From Nanobdellota archaeon (GTDB taxonomy: Archaea; Nanobdellota; Nanobdellia; Woesearchaeales; DATGWN01): a DNA stretch of 64,000 nt. Below the pieces are notes generated by a model. That model searched no databases. It worked only from the letters and a program-made list of their open reading frames with translations, and was not told where the DNA came from. The position numbers and the translations under genes were made by a program. Positions within the stretch are counted from its first letter, which is position 1. Each line of letters starts with the position of its first letter. Shown one piece after another: positions 8,814 through 18,403 of this stretch. The stretch is from assembly GCA_051819685.1 (NCBI GenBank), contig JBNJGI010000002.1, forward strand, positions 2,638 to 66,637. The letters run 5' to 3'.

Positions 8814-8988
8814 GTTGAAGGAAAGGAGGGAAGTATAAAACCCCTTTGAAAAAGTCAATTTGTAAAGGCTAATTATTTTGTCTGGGTGAAATTGATTGAA
8901 TTTGCGCTCCTGTAAGTCTTTTAACTCCTTACCACAAATTCAAATATTGCTTCAATGTAATATCATCACTCATTTTGTTATATGTGCC
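8814..8988 (-). mobile_element. R1 repeat, truncated long form, copy D
   Basis: It begins inside the long-form insert (gttgaaggaaaggagggaagtataaaacccctttgaaaaagtcaatttgtaaaggctaattattttgtctgggtgaa, compare 25200-25275). It ends with cttcaatgtaatatcatcactcattttgttatatgtgcc. The right-TIR end is missing. Confidence 0.75.
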
Positions 8989-9033
8989 CTTGAACAACAA
9001 TCTATATAAAAAGATATTTTTCTTATTTATTTA

Positions 9034-10176
9034 ATGACTTTTAAAATTAAATCAGAAGAAGGGGATGCAAGAGCCGGAATTCTTGAATTGCCTTCTGGGA
9101 AAAAATTAAAGACGCCTTTTTTTATGCCGGTAATGACAAAAGGTGTAGCTAAAAATGTAACTCAGGATATGTTGTTAGAAGCAGGAACTCAATGTGGAAT
9201 ATCCAATTCTTTCGTTTTGACATTAAAACCAGGGGTTGATTTTATAAAAAAAGCAGGAGGTCTGCATAAATTAGCTGCGTGGGAAGGAGGATATTTTACA
9301 GACAGTGGTGGCTTTCAGATGCTTAGTAAACAATTCTTCAGAAAAATAAATGATGAAGCAGTTATATTTATGGATCCTTTTTCAGGGAAAAAATATTCTT
9401 TATCCCCTGAAGAATGTATGGATAATCAATTAAATATTGGAAGTGATGTTGCTATGGCTTTAGATCATGTTCCTTCATTTTATGGTATGACTGAAAAAAA
9501 GATGAAAGAGCACCTTAGAAGGACACATTTATGGGCTGAAAGATGTAAAAAATATCATGATGAAAATTCAGAGAAAAAACAATTGCTTTTTGGAATTTCT
9601 CAAGGTGGAGCTTATCCTGATTTAAGGAAAGAAAGTGCCTCTTATATTAATTCTCTTGATTTTGATGGTATTGCTTTTGGTGGATTTTGTTTTGGTGAAA
9701 GCGATTCTGCAATGTATGAAGGGATTGAAATTTCTAAAAGGGAATGTTCAAAAGATAAACCTATCTATGTAATGGGTATGGGGAATCCTATTCAGATTCT
9801 TAATGCTGTTGCTTTAGGGTGTGATATATTTGATAGTACTTTTCCTACTATGAATGGAAGGAATGGAACTTTATTTACACAAAATGGTTTGTTAAGAATT
9901 AAAAGAAGTGAATATAGGCACGATCTTAGGTCTATTGAAGAGAGTTGTGATTGTTATGCATGTAAAAATTATTCGCGAGCTTACATTAGATATCTTTTAG
10001 ATATGAATGAAAATTTAGGGAAGACTTTAGCTACAATACATAATATAAGGTTTATTCATAAGCTTCTTGAAGATGCAAGAGAAAGTATACTTAACGGTAG
10101 TTTTGAAGATTTCAAAAGGAAAATAATACAAGCTTATGATAAGAAAGATGATAATATCTTTAAGTATGGTGTATAA
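9034..10176 (+). CDS. tgt: tRNA-guanine transglycosylase (archaeosine/queuine tRNA-ribosyltransferase catalytic domain)
   Basis: TPFFMPVMTKG, FTDSGGFQ, and the Zn site CDCYACKNYSRAYIRYL...H. Confidence 0.85.
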   Translation: MTFKIKSEEGDARAGILELPSGKKLKTPFFMPVMTKGVAKNVTQDMLLEAGTQCGISNSFVLTLKPGVDFIKKAGGLHKLAAWEGGYFTDSGGFQMLSKQFFRKINDEAVIFMDPFSGKKYSLSPEECMDNQLNIGSDVAMALDHVPSFYGMTEKKMKEHLRRTHLWAERCKKYHDENSEKKQLLFGISQGGAYPDLRKESASYINSLDFDGIAFGGFCFGESDSAMYEGIEISKRECSKDKPIYVMGMGNPIQILNAVALGCDIFDSTFPTMNGRNGTLFTQNGLLRIKRSEYRHDLRSIEESCDCYACKNYSRAYIRYLLDMNENLGKTLATIHNIRFIHKLLEDARESILNGSFEDFKRKIIQAYDKKDDNIFKYGV

Positions 10177-10300
10177 GTTTTTATCAGTTATTGATTGATA
10201 AAAATAGAGTTTTTTATCAATTGACAATAGATATTTTTATTAAAAACTTAATCAAAATAATTATAAATGATTAAATGATGTTATTTTCAGAGGTGTAAAA

Positions 10301-11002
10301 ATGAAATTAATATTGAATGAAAAACCTAAGAAAGTTAAAATTATACAAGGCTTTCCTGGTTTCGGAATGGTTGGTAGTATAGCTACAGAATATTTAAGAG
10401 ATCATCTTAAAATGAGAGAGATTGGTCGTATTGTTGTAGAAAATCAAAATCCTTTAATTGCAATACATGAAGGTAAAATAATTCCACCTGTGGGTATTTA
10501 TTATCATGAAGATTATAATCTTATAGTAATTAGTTCATTGACAAAGGCTACGGATAATGGTATTGAATTCGCTGAAAAAATAAAAGAGATAGCTTCAGAA
10601 CTTGAAGCAGAAGAAATAATTTCTTTAGAAGGTGTTGCTGGATCTTCGGATAAGCAACATGTTCTTTTTTATTCCAATTCTGAAGAGAAAAAACAAGATT
10701 TGGTTAATAAAGAATTCAATGAATTGAAAGAAAGTGTTATTATTGGTGTGAGTGCAGCTTTGATGATGGATGATTCTCATCCGATGACTTCTTTCTTTGC
10801 TTTGACTGCAAGCACTCTTCCTGATAGTTCTGCAGCTGCAGAGATAATTAAGTCTTTAGATAATTACTTAGGACTTTCTGTTGATTATAATCCTTTATAT
10901 GAGCAAGCTAAAGTTTTTGAACAGAAAATAAAAGGGATTTTGGCAAATTCAGAGAAAGCTAAGAATGAGAGTGAAAAAAGCATGTTGAATTATTTCAGTT
11001 GA
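10301..11002 (+). CDS. PAC2 (proteasome assembly chaperone 2) family protein
   Basis: N-terminal IIQGFPGFGMVGSIATEYL signature of the COG1938/PAC2 family. Confidence 0.7.
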   Translation: MKLILNEKPKKVKIIQGFPGFGMVGSIATEYLRDHLKMREIGRIVVENQNPLIAIHEGKIIPPVGIYYHEDYNLIVISSLTKATDNGIEFAEKIKEIASELEAEEIISLEGVAGSSDKQHVLFYSNSEEKKQDLVNKEFNELKESVIIGVSAALMMDDSHPMTSFFALTASTLPDSSAAAEIIKSLDNYLGLSVDYNPLYEQAKVFEQKIKGILANSEKAKNESEKSMLNYFS

Positions 11003-11065
11003 TTTTTTATTATTTTAACTACTGAATAAAAGTTATATCTTATAAAAAACTTTATAAATGTTAAA

Positions 11066-12193
11066 ATGAAATTAAAAACTATGAGAGGTTTGTTTAAAAT
11101 ATTAATTGTTTTTGTATTGCTTATGCCTTTTGCATTTGCTGATTATACTTCTGTTTTTGATAGTGATGTTGAGGTTAATGGGAATGTCGGTATAGGGACG
11201 AGCAATCCTTCTTCTAAACTTGATGTTAGAGGTGATATGAATATTCAGGGTGTCTTAACCTTAAGATATGTTTCAGGAGAATCAGGTTTTGAGTCTCTTG
11301 GACCTAACGGAAATACACACATTCCTTATAGTGATGGTAATGTCTACATTTCAGGTAATAATATTTATTTCAGGAATGGTTCAGATTCAGTGAAGATGAC
11401 TGTAGAAGATACTGGCAATGTTGGTATAGGGACATCGTCACCAGATACAAAACTTGATGTTAGAGGTGATGTTAAAGTTGGTGATTTTAGGATAAAAAAT
11501 AATCGTGTTCTTCAGAGTTATAATCAAAATATGTATTTTGATCTTGAATCAGGTGGGGCTTTTAATTTTCGTAACGGTGCAAACAACAACATTGTAACAA
11601 TAAATAATATTGGTGATATCCAAGCTGAAGGGGATATAACTTCTTCAGGCAAGATTTGTGATGCGAATGGTTGTATTGGTGATTATATGAGGATACAAGA
11701 TACAAGAGATTCTGGAGATGTTCTGCCTGAAGATTTTATCAATAAACAAGCACAGTTCAGCTTTACAAATCAAATTGCAAGTTCTCCTAATACCTGGGAT
11801 TCAGTAATTACAATTAAAGGTTGGACTGATGATTATAGAGCTTGGCAGTTATTATCTAGCTCAGATATAAATGATGATACTGTTGATGATTCAGATGACC
11901 TTTATTTCAGAACAGGAAGAGGAAATTCTTGGGGCAATCTAAGGAAGGTATGGGATGAGGAAAGCGATGGTTCAGGTTCTGGTCTGGATTCTGATAAATT
12001 AGATGGAAAAGATGCATCTGATTTTATGGATGCAGGGACTGATAATTGGGTGGATGAATCAGGGGATAGTATGAGTGGAGATTTAGATGTTTCTGGTGAT
12101 ATTAAATCCACTAGTCTTACTGTTGAAGGGGAATTCAATTTACCAACACAAGCTCCTTCAAATCCACAAAAAGGAGATATGTGGCTGGAATAA
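11066..12193 (+). CDS. secreted protein with tail-fibre-like repeats
   Basis: Signal-like N-terminus. It carries two copies of GNVGIGTS(N/S)P(S/D)(S/T)KLDVRGD and a C-terminal SGSGLDSDKLDGKDASDF motif of the kind seen in phage tail-fibre/collar-like proteins. Confidence 0.6.
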   Translation: MKLKTMRGLFKILIVFVLLMPFAFADYTSVFDSDVEVNGNVGIGTSNPSSKLDVRGDMNIQGVLTLRYVSGESGFESLGPNGNTHIPYSDGNVYISGNNIYFRNGSDSVKMTVEDTGNVGIGTSSPDTKLDVRGDVKVGDFRIKNNRVLQSYNQNMYFDLESGGAFNFRNGANNNIVTINNIGDIQAEGDITSSGKICDANGCIGDYMRIQDTRDSGDVLPEDFINKQAQFSFTNQIASSPNTWDSVITIKGWTDDYRAWQLLSSSDINDDTVDDSDDLYFRTGRGNSWGNLRKVWDEESDGSGSGLDSDKLDGKDASDFMDAGTDNWVDESGDSMSGDLDVSGDIKSTSLTVEGEFNLPTQAPSNPQKGDMWLE

Positions 12194-12242
12194 TCTCAAA
12201 ATAGTTTTTATTTAAATCAAGCAGTTTATTAATGAAGATAAA

Positions 12243-13055
12243 ATGGATGCTAATATGAATGGAAAAAAGTGGAAAGGATTGTTTTTGTTTTTCCTTCTTT
12301 TTGCTCTTGTCTTTTGTATTGGAGTGGTTGAAGCTGCTGGAGAGTGTACTGGACCTGTTGAGACAAAATGGGCTGAGGTTACTTGGAGGGATGCTAATTG
12401 GGATACAGATGAATGGTATTGGTGTTCTTATGAGGAGGGTAAGTCAGGTTTAGGTAGTAGAAATAATCCAGTAACACCTACAGGAGATTGTACTGAATAC
12501 TGGAGATGGAAAATATATTCTGATGTTTTTTTCCCTATGAATGTCGGTGATATTTGTGCCACTCATACCAGCTCAGCTTTTGAGTATAATTATTGGCTTT
12601 GTTCAGAAGAAATAAATTGTCCTTCTTATTCAGAAAATGAATGTAAATCTAATGATAAATGTACTTGGGAAAGTGCGTCTACTTGTGGAGATGGAACTGT
12701 TCAATCCCCTAACGACAATGGTATAAATGAAAAGTGCGACCCTGGCACAGGCAACTTCGGCGGCACTCACTGTATAGAATCCGGAAGTGACAGATGCACT
12801 TGTCAAGAAGGGTATTCTCCTGATGGTAATGGTGGATGTGTTCAATCATTCCTAGACATTGGCCTAAAAATTCAGGATGGAGGCGAAAAAAAGGTTGCAA
12901 TTATTCCTCCGGATTCTTCTACTCAATCTCCTCTGAAAATTTATGATGATCAGGAATACAGCGTTGCCTTAGTTGATCCTTCACATTCTGATGCTTTGAG
13001 TGTAAAAATACAGACTGATGATGGTGTAAAGGCTTTGAGGGAGTATAAAAGCTAA
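12243..13055 (+). CDS. secreted cysteine-rich protein
   Basis: Signal/TM segment GLFLFFLLFALVFCIGVVEA. It has many Cys, and CGDGTVQSPNDNGINEKCDPG resembles the CGDG..E.CD cysteine-rich repeat (DUF4215-like). Confidence 0.6.
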   Translation: MDANMNGKKWKGLFLFFLLFALVFCIGVVEAAGECTGPVETKWAEVTWRDANWDTDEWYWCSYEEGKSGLGSRNNPVTPTGDCTEYWRWKIYSDVFFPMNVGDICATHTSSAFEYNYWLCSEEINCPSYSENECKSNDKCTWESASTCGDGTVQSPNDNGINEKCDPGTGNFGGTHCIESGSDRCTCQEGYSPDGNGGCVQSFLDIGLKIQDGGEKKVAIIPPDSSTQSPLKIYDDQEYSVALVDPSHSDALSVKIQTDDGVKALREYKS

Positions 13056-13089
13056 GGATTTCAATATAACTGATTAATAAGAGAATAAA

Positions 13090-13332
13090 ATGGACAAAAA
13101 AAACATAATAATAATTGTTTTGACAATATTGCTTGTTGCAACTTTGGTTTATATGCTTGGCAGCATGTACCAGGAGGCAAGGATGCAGGAGAAGATGGAA
13201 GTTTACAAGACAGGTGTACAGGATGGCTACCAGCAGACAGTAAAATGTCAGAAAGTGCCCCTTACCCTAAACAACCAAAGCATAAATATTATTGCATTAG
13301 AATGCCTGCAGCAGCGTAATACTACTTCTTAG
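13090..13332 (+). CDS. small membrane protein (80 aa), hypothetical
   Basis: ORF track, with an N-terminal TM (IIIIVLTILLVATLVYML). Confidence 0.45.
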   Translation: MDKKNIIIIVLTILLVATLVYMLGSMYQEARMQEKMEVYKTGVQDGYQQTVKCQKVPLTLNNQSINIIALECLQQRNTTS

Positions 13333-13406
13333 ATTATTATTTTTTTAGCAAAGCTATAAGCCCTTATTCAGGACTTAAGCAGCATAAAAAGAAATACATT
13401 GTGTTT

Positions 13407-14019
13407 ATGAAATCCCTAAAAAAAGTTAAAATAAGGAAATGCTTTGATCATCATTTTAATGAAGGAGGCATGTCTGAATATTTAACATATAATAGGAAAG
13501 AATTAATACAGCAGGTCTATGAAGATATTCTGTTAAAAGTGTAGTTCTAAGATATAAGTTTAATTCTGATAAATCAATAAGGCAATTGACAATTTATTCA
13601 GTTTTTGGTTTAAATTTTGTGAACCAGATAAATCTAGTTTGTCAATTGGAGATATTAATCCTGTAATTAAAAAGATTAAGCAAAATTTTAATTCATATTT
13701 AGGCTTTAAATTTGAAGATATTTGTCGTGATTATCTCCGAAAGGAAGATTATGAAAAAATAGGGAGATGGTGGCACAAAGAACAAGAAATAGACATAGTT
13801 GCATTAAATGAAGAAAAAAAAGAGATTCTTTTTGCTGAATGTAAATGGAAAGATAATGTTGATGGAAATAAATTATTAACTGAATTAAAAAATAAAACAA
13901 AACTCGTAAATTGGTATAATGAAGAAAGAAAAGAAAAACACTTAATCTTCGCGAAATCATTCAAGAATAAATCAAAAGGAATGTTTGACCTAAAAGATAT
14001 AGGGAAAGTATTATTATGA
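13407..14019 (+). pseudogene. 5'-truncated, frameshifted archaeal AAA ATPase (Arch_ATPase/DUF234 type)
   Basis: Frame 0 at 13407-13544 reads ...FNEGGMSEYLTYNRKELIQQVYEDILLKV*, homologous to the FGGYP...region of the intact ATPases. Frame 1 at 13573-14019 reads AIDNLFSFWFKF...GRWWHKEQEIDIVAL...FAECKWKD (DUF234 signature). No P-loop region remains. Confidence 0.6.
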
Positions 14020-14102
14020 GATTACTAGCTTTTTTCATAGTAAAGGTATGAAATCACTAGGTTTTTTAGAATATTTATGAATAACTGACTCTTGTTAAAA
14101 TT

Positions 14103-15311
14103 ATGATTGAAAGAGATATATTCAAAAAATTAAGTGCGGAACTTAAAAAAGATAAAATAACTGTAATAACAGGTGCAAGACAAGTTGGTAAAACAACTGC
14201 CATGAAAAACCTTTACAAAAAAACAGAAAACTCTGTATTTATTACTTTTGATGATAGTTCTATTAAATTATTATTTGAAAAAAACCCCGAATTATTTATT
14301 GAACAATACGTAAAACCTTACAAAACATTATTTATTGATGAATTTCAATATGCTAAAGATGGCGTGAAAACTTTGAAATATATTTTTGATACTGAAAAAA
14401 CAAAACTGTTTGTTTCTGGTTCTTCAAAACCTGAAATTGCTATTCAATCTTTACAATATTTGGTAGGTCGAGTTTCACTTATTGAGATGTTTCCCTTATC
14501 ATTTTCTGAATTTGTAAATTATAAATCCCCTGAAAAAAATATTCTTCTTAAAAAACCTAGAAAAATTAATGACCTTCAACAATTAAATTCAGAGTTTGAA
14601 GAGTTTCTTATGTTTGGAGGATATCCCGATGTTGTGAAAGAAGTAAATTTTGAAGATAAAAAGAAAATCTTGAAAGATTTAGTAAATATATATCTTTTAA
14701 AGGAAATTAAGGATGTTTTAGGATACAAAAATTCTTATACTTTTGAAAAATTGTTAAAAACAATTGCTATAAATAATGGTAAATTAACAAAATATTCTTT
14801 CCTAGCAAACGATTTAGATATTTCGTGGAATAATGTACAAGAAAAAGTTTCTATACTTAATAAAACAGATGTATTATATGTAGTAAAACCCTTTTTTAAT
14901 AACAAAAATAAAGAAATTATGAAAACACCAAAAATATATTTGCATGATATAGGATTTTTGAATATTCTTCTAAATAATTTTTCAAGATTTGATGAAAGAG
15001 TTGATAAAGGAGAGTTACTTGAATCTTTTATTTTACATGAACTTATTAAAAAAAAATATGATGTAAAATTTTGGAATAGGCAATCTTCTGAAGTAGATTT
15101 TATACTTGAAAAGGATAATGATATTATAGCAATAGAATGTAAATCTAATGAGAAAAAAATACCGAAGTCTTTAAAATATTTTTTAAAAGAATATAATTTC
15201 TTAAAAGCTTATATTTTTAATTTGGTTACTGATAAACATTTAGAAGAATTAAATAAATCTTTTCAGTTTACACACTATATTAATATAGAAAGCATCAATT
15301 TTTTTGAATAG
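14103..15311 (+). CDS. AAA+ ATPase, DUF4143-containing family
   Basis: Walker A GARQVGKTT, Walker B LFIDEFQ, the FGGYP motif, and a C-terminal restriction-endonuclease-like EVDFILE...AIECK. Confidence 0.8.
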   Translation: MIERDIFKKLSAELKKDKITVITGARQVGKTTAMKNLYKKTENSVFITFDDSSIKLLFEKNPELFIEQYVKPYKTLFIDEFQYAKDGVKTLKYIFDTEKTKLFVSGSSKPEIAIQSLQYLVGRVSLIEMFPLSFSEFVNYKSPEKNILLKKPRKINDLQQLNSEFEEFLMFGGYPDVVKEVNFEDKKKILKDLVNIYLLKEIKDVLGYKNSYTFEKLLKTIAINNGKLTKYSFLANDLDISWNNVQEKVSILNKTDVLYVVKPFFNNKNKEIMKTPKIYLHDIGFLNILLNNFSRFDERVDKGELLESFILHELIKKKYDVKFWNRQSSEVDFILEKDNDIIAIECKSNEKKIPKSLKYFLKEYNFLKAYIFNLVTDKHLEELNKSFQFTHYINIESINFFE

Positions 15312-15368
15312 GTTTTTAAAGCTTAAAAAACATAAAATTTATATAATATAGTGTATTATATATATTCT

Positions 15369-15590
15369 ATGGCTATCACAACTATTCAAGTAAGTAAAGA
15401 TTTGTTAGAAGATTTAAAATCTCGTAAAATGTATGATAAAGAAAGTTACGAAGATATAATAAGGGATTTATTAGAAGACACAATGGAATTATCGGAACAA
15501 ACACTGGCAAATATTAGAAAATCTGAAAGAGATATAAAATTTGGAAGAGTTAAAACTCTTGCACAAGTTGAAGCAAGATTAAAAAGATGA
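15369..15590 (+). CDS. type II antitoxin (small, partner of RelE/ParE toxin)
   Basis: ATGA overlap with the toxin gene. The track start at 15351 is GTG. The ATG at 15369 sits ~20-32 nt downstream of atttatataatat (15337-15349), a TATA-like box. Confidence 0.6.
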   Translation: MAITTIQVSKDLLEDLKSRKMYDKESYEDIIRDLLEDTMELSEQTLANIRKSERDIKFGRVKTLAQVEARLKR

Positions 15591-15841
15591 CTTATGAAAT
15601 AACTTTTTCAGATTTTGCAGATAAACAATTAAGTAAACTTTCATTGAATGTTCAAGACAGAATTATCTCTACAATAAAAAGATGCCAAATAAGACCTTAT
15701 AGTCATGTAAAGAAGTTAGTGGGATCAAAATATTTTAGGTTGCGTGTTGGTGATTATCGAGTAATTATGGATATTATAGATAATAAATTAATCATTCATG
15801 TTGTAGAAGTTGGGCATAGAAAAAACATATACAAAAGATAA
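15587..15841 (+). CDS. RelE/ParE family toxin
   Basis: 84 aa with FADKQLSKL...RIISTI...LVGSKYFRLRVGDYRVIMDI...IIHVVEVGHRKNIY, the canonical RelE/StbE pattern. Confidence 0.8.
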   Translation: MTYEITFSDFADKQLSKLSLNVQDRIISTIKRCQIRPYSHVKKLVGSKYFRLRVGDYRVIMDIIDNKLIIHVVEVGHRKNIYKR

Positions 15842-15876
15842 ACTTAAAATAAATTTCAGGTTTTTAATACAAAGAA

Positions 15877-15926
15877 GCAAATCCAAACATCACTTCAAGG
15901 CAATATCATTATTAATTCAACACAAT
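15877..15926 (-). repeat. R1 fragment (left-TIR end only)
   Basis: gcaaatccaaacatcacttcaaggcaatatcattattaattcaacacaat matches the last ~50 nt of copy C (gcaaattaaaaaactacttcaaggcaatatcatcattaatttt...). Confidence 0.6.
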
Positions 15927-15959
15927 ATTTTAAAATAAAAGGCAATTACATAATATAAA

Positions 15960-17399
15960 ATGGCATTAAAACTATACAATACATTAACAAGGAAAAAAGA
16001 AATATTTCAACCTATTGAAGAAGGGAAAGTAAAAATGTATTGTTGCGGACCGACTGTCTATAATTATGCTCACATAGGAAACTTAAGAACATACATCTTT
16101 GAAGACATATTAAGAAGAACCTTAGAATATAATGAGTTTGAAGTCAATCATGTAATGAATATAACCGATGTTGGGCACTTAACTGATGATGGTGATGAAG
16201 GAGAGGATAAACTAGAAAAAAGTGCTGAAAAAGAAAAAAAATCAGTATTAGATATTTCAAAATTTTATACAGATGCTTTTTTTGAAGATATAAACAAGTT
16301 AAACATAAAATCACCCCATATACCTTGTAAAGCTACAGAACATATCAATGACATGATAGATATGATAAAGAAGCTAGAAGATAATGGTTATACCTACGAA
16401 TCTGGGGGAAACATATACTATGATATTTCTCAATTCAAATATTATGCAGATTTGGGCAATCTAAATCTTGAGCAAATGAAATCTACAGAAAGAGTTGAAG
16501 AAGACACTGGAAAAAGAAACAAGCAAGATTTTGTTTTATGGTTCACAAGCTCGAAATTCAAAAACCATTCATTAAAATGGGACAGCCCTTGGGGTACTGG
16601 ATATCCTGGGTGGCACATTGAATGTTCCGCTATGTCAGTGAAATATCTGGGCCCTAAATTTGATATACATTGCGGAGGAGTAGATCATATACAAGTCCAT
16701 CATACTAACGAAATTGCTCAAACTGAAGGAGCTTATAATGTTCATCCTACTGTAAATTACTGGGTTCATGGAGAATTCCTTATATTGAATAAAGGAAAGA
16801 TGTCAAAATCAGATGGAAGTTTTATTACTTTAAGGACATTAGAAGAAAAAGGTTACGATCCATCACTCTATAGGTTTTATTGTCTTAATGCTCATTATAG
16901 GCAGAAACTTAATTTTAGTTTTGAAGCTCTAGATAATGCAAAAAGTGAATTTGAAAGCCTTAAGAAAAAAATAGTTTCTATAAATGAATTCAAAGAAGAA
17001 AATAAAGGATTTAAAGAAATACAAAAATCTACTAATATGTTAGAGTTCGAACATAAATTTTTAGAGGCAATAAATGACGATCTCAATATGCCTAAAGCTT
17101 TGAAAGTTATGAATGAAGTTATCAAAAGTAATCTTGATAATCCTGAAAAATATGTCCTTATAGAAGATTTCGATAGAATTTTCGGTTTGGGTTTATCATC
17201 TTTGAAAAGTTCTTCTCAAAAAATTTCACAAGATGAATATGATGAAATAAAACCCCTTCTCGATAAAAGAGAAGAAGCCAGAAAAAATAAAGATTTTGAG
17301 ACTGCAGATAAGATAAGAGATGATCTTAAAACAAGAGGCTATTCAATAAAAGATACTTCTGAAGGACAGGAAGTAAATAAGGAATATGATAGAAGATAA
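15960..17399 (+). CDS. cysS: cysteine--tRNA ligase
   Basis: HIGH motif (AHIGNLR), KMSKS, and the Zn-binding CGPTVY/HIEC pattern. Confidence 0.9.
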   Translation: MALKLYNTLTRKKEIFQPIEEGKVKMYCCGPTVYNYAHIGNLRTYIFEDILRRTLEYNEFEVNHVMNITDVGHLTDDGDEGEDKLEKSAEKEKKSVLDISKFYTDAFFEDINKLNIKSPHIPCKATEHINDMIDMIKKLEDNGYTYESGGNIYYDISQFKYYADLGNLNLEQMKSTERVEEDTGKRNKQDFVLWFTSSKFKNHSLKWDSPWGTGYPGWHIECSAMSVKYLGPKFDIHCGGVDHIQVHHTNEIAQTEGAYNVHPTVNYWVHGEFLILNKGKMSKSDGSFITLRTLEEKGYDPSLYRFYCLNAHYRQKLNFSFEALDNAKSEFESLKKKIVSINEFKEENKGFKEIQKSTNMLEFEHKFLEAINDDLNMPKALKVMNEVIKSNLDNPEKYVLIEDFDRIFGLGLSSLKSSSQKISQDEYDEIKPLLDKREEARKNKDFETADKIRDDLKTRGYSIKDTSEGQEVNKEYDRR

Positions 17400-17982
17400 G
17401 CATGAGCTTAAAAGGCAGTCATTTCATATATCTTTTGGATTATTACTGTTGGTTTTAAGCTTTATCAATACCAACCTTCTATTTATAGTATGTTTTATAG
17501 GAATATTATTATGTATACTTGAAAGTTTTAATATAAAAACACCTTTATTCAATTTCTTCCTTAATTTTCTTGAAAGGGGTAATGAAAAGAAAGGTTTGAG
17601 GGGTAAGGGTTTTTTCTTTTATTGTATAGGCACAATACTCGCATTTTATTTTTTTAAAATTGATTTTGCAAGAGCTTCATTAATGATACTTGCTTTCGGA
17701 GACTCTTTTTCAAGATTATTAGGGCCTTATGGGAATATAAGGCATCCTTTTGATAATACAAAATTTATTGAAGGTGTTGTATATGGAGGTTTCATTGCAA
17801 TTATTTTAGCTATGATTTTTGTTGATTTCGCTTTTGCTATGCCTGCTTCTATTGTAAGTATGACTATTGAAGGATTAAACATAAAAATTAAAGGTTTCAA
17901 GATTGATGATAATCTGATGATTCCCGTAGCAAGCGGAATAACTATGATATTGGTAAGTTTAATCGGATCTCTAATAATATAG
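17386..17982 (+). CDS. polytopic membrane protein, dolichol kinase/CTP-transferase-like
   Basis: Multiple TM segments. AFGDSFSRLLGPYG....KFIEGVVYG resembles the GD..A..G...G......K..EG motif of the dolichol kinase/CdsA superfamily. Confidence 0.45.
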   Translation: MIEDKHELKRQSFHISFGLLLLVLSFINTNLLFIVCFIGILLCILESFNIKTPLFNFFLNFLERGNEKKGLRGKGFFFYCIGTILAFYFFKIDFARASLMILAFGDSFSRLLGPYGNIRHPFDNTKFIEGVVYGGFIAIILAMIFVDFAFAMPASIVSMTIEGLNIKIKGFKIDDNLMIPVASGITMILVSLIGSLII

Positions 17983-18058
17983 ATTTTTAATAAATAAGTA
18001 ATTCAATGTTTAAAAAGAAACTAATAACATTTATAAATTGAATAATTATCAATAAATC

Positions 18059-18403
18059 ATGAAAGATAGGACTATACTGGGTTTGGTTGAAGATATAGAG
18101 GTTTATTCCCCAGGATTAGGAAAAACAATTAAAATGAAAGCTCGTATAGATACAGGTGCTCAAAGCAGTTCGATTGACCAGAATTTAGCTGCCGAATTTA
18201 GTTTAGGACCTATTATAAAAAATAAAAAAATAAGACAAAGTCATGGGAGGAGTCTAAGACCTGTTGTAAAGGTAAAGGTTTTAATTGAAGGGGAAGATCT
18301 TGAAGGTGAGTTCACAATATCGGACAGAACCCATATGACATACAAAGTACTTATAGGACAAGATATCCTTAAAAAAGGATTTCTTATCGATCCATCAAAA
18401 TGA
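18059..18403 (+). CDS. retropepsin-like aspartic protease (PF05618 'ATP-dependent zinc protease'-type, RimK-associated)
   Basis: ARIDTGAQSSSI active-site-like motif, and an ATGA overlap with the downstream rimK-like gene. Confidence 0.6.
   Translation: MKDRTILGLVEDIEVYSPGLGKTIKMKARIDTGAQSSSIDQNLAAEFSLGPIIKNKKIRQSHGRSLRPVVKVKVLIEGEDLEGEFTISDRTHMTYKVLIGQDILKKGFLIDPSK

Noticed and set aside
10195-10220. Inverted repeat ttgataaaaa-tagagt-tttttatcaa after tgt, as a possible terminator.
   Set aside because: The stem is almost pure A/T and is weak thermodynamically. Such palindromes are expected by chance in this composition, so I do not call it as a feature.
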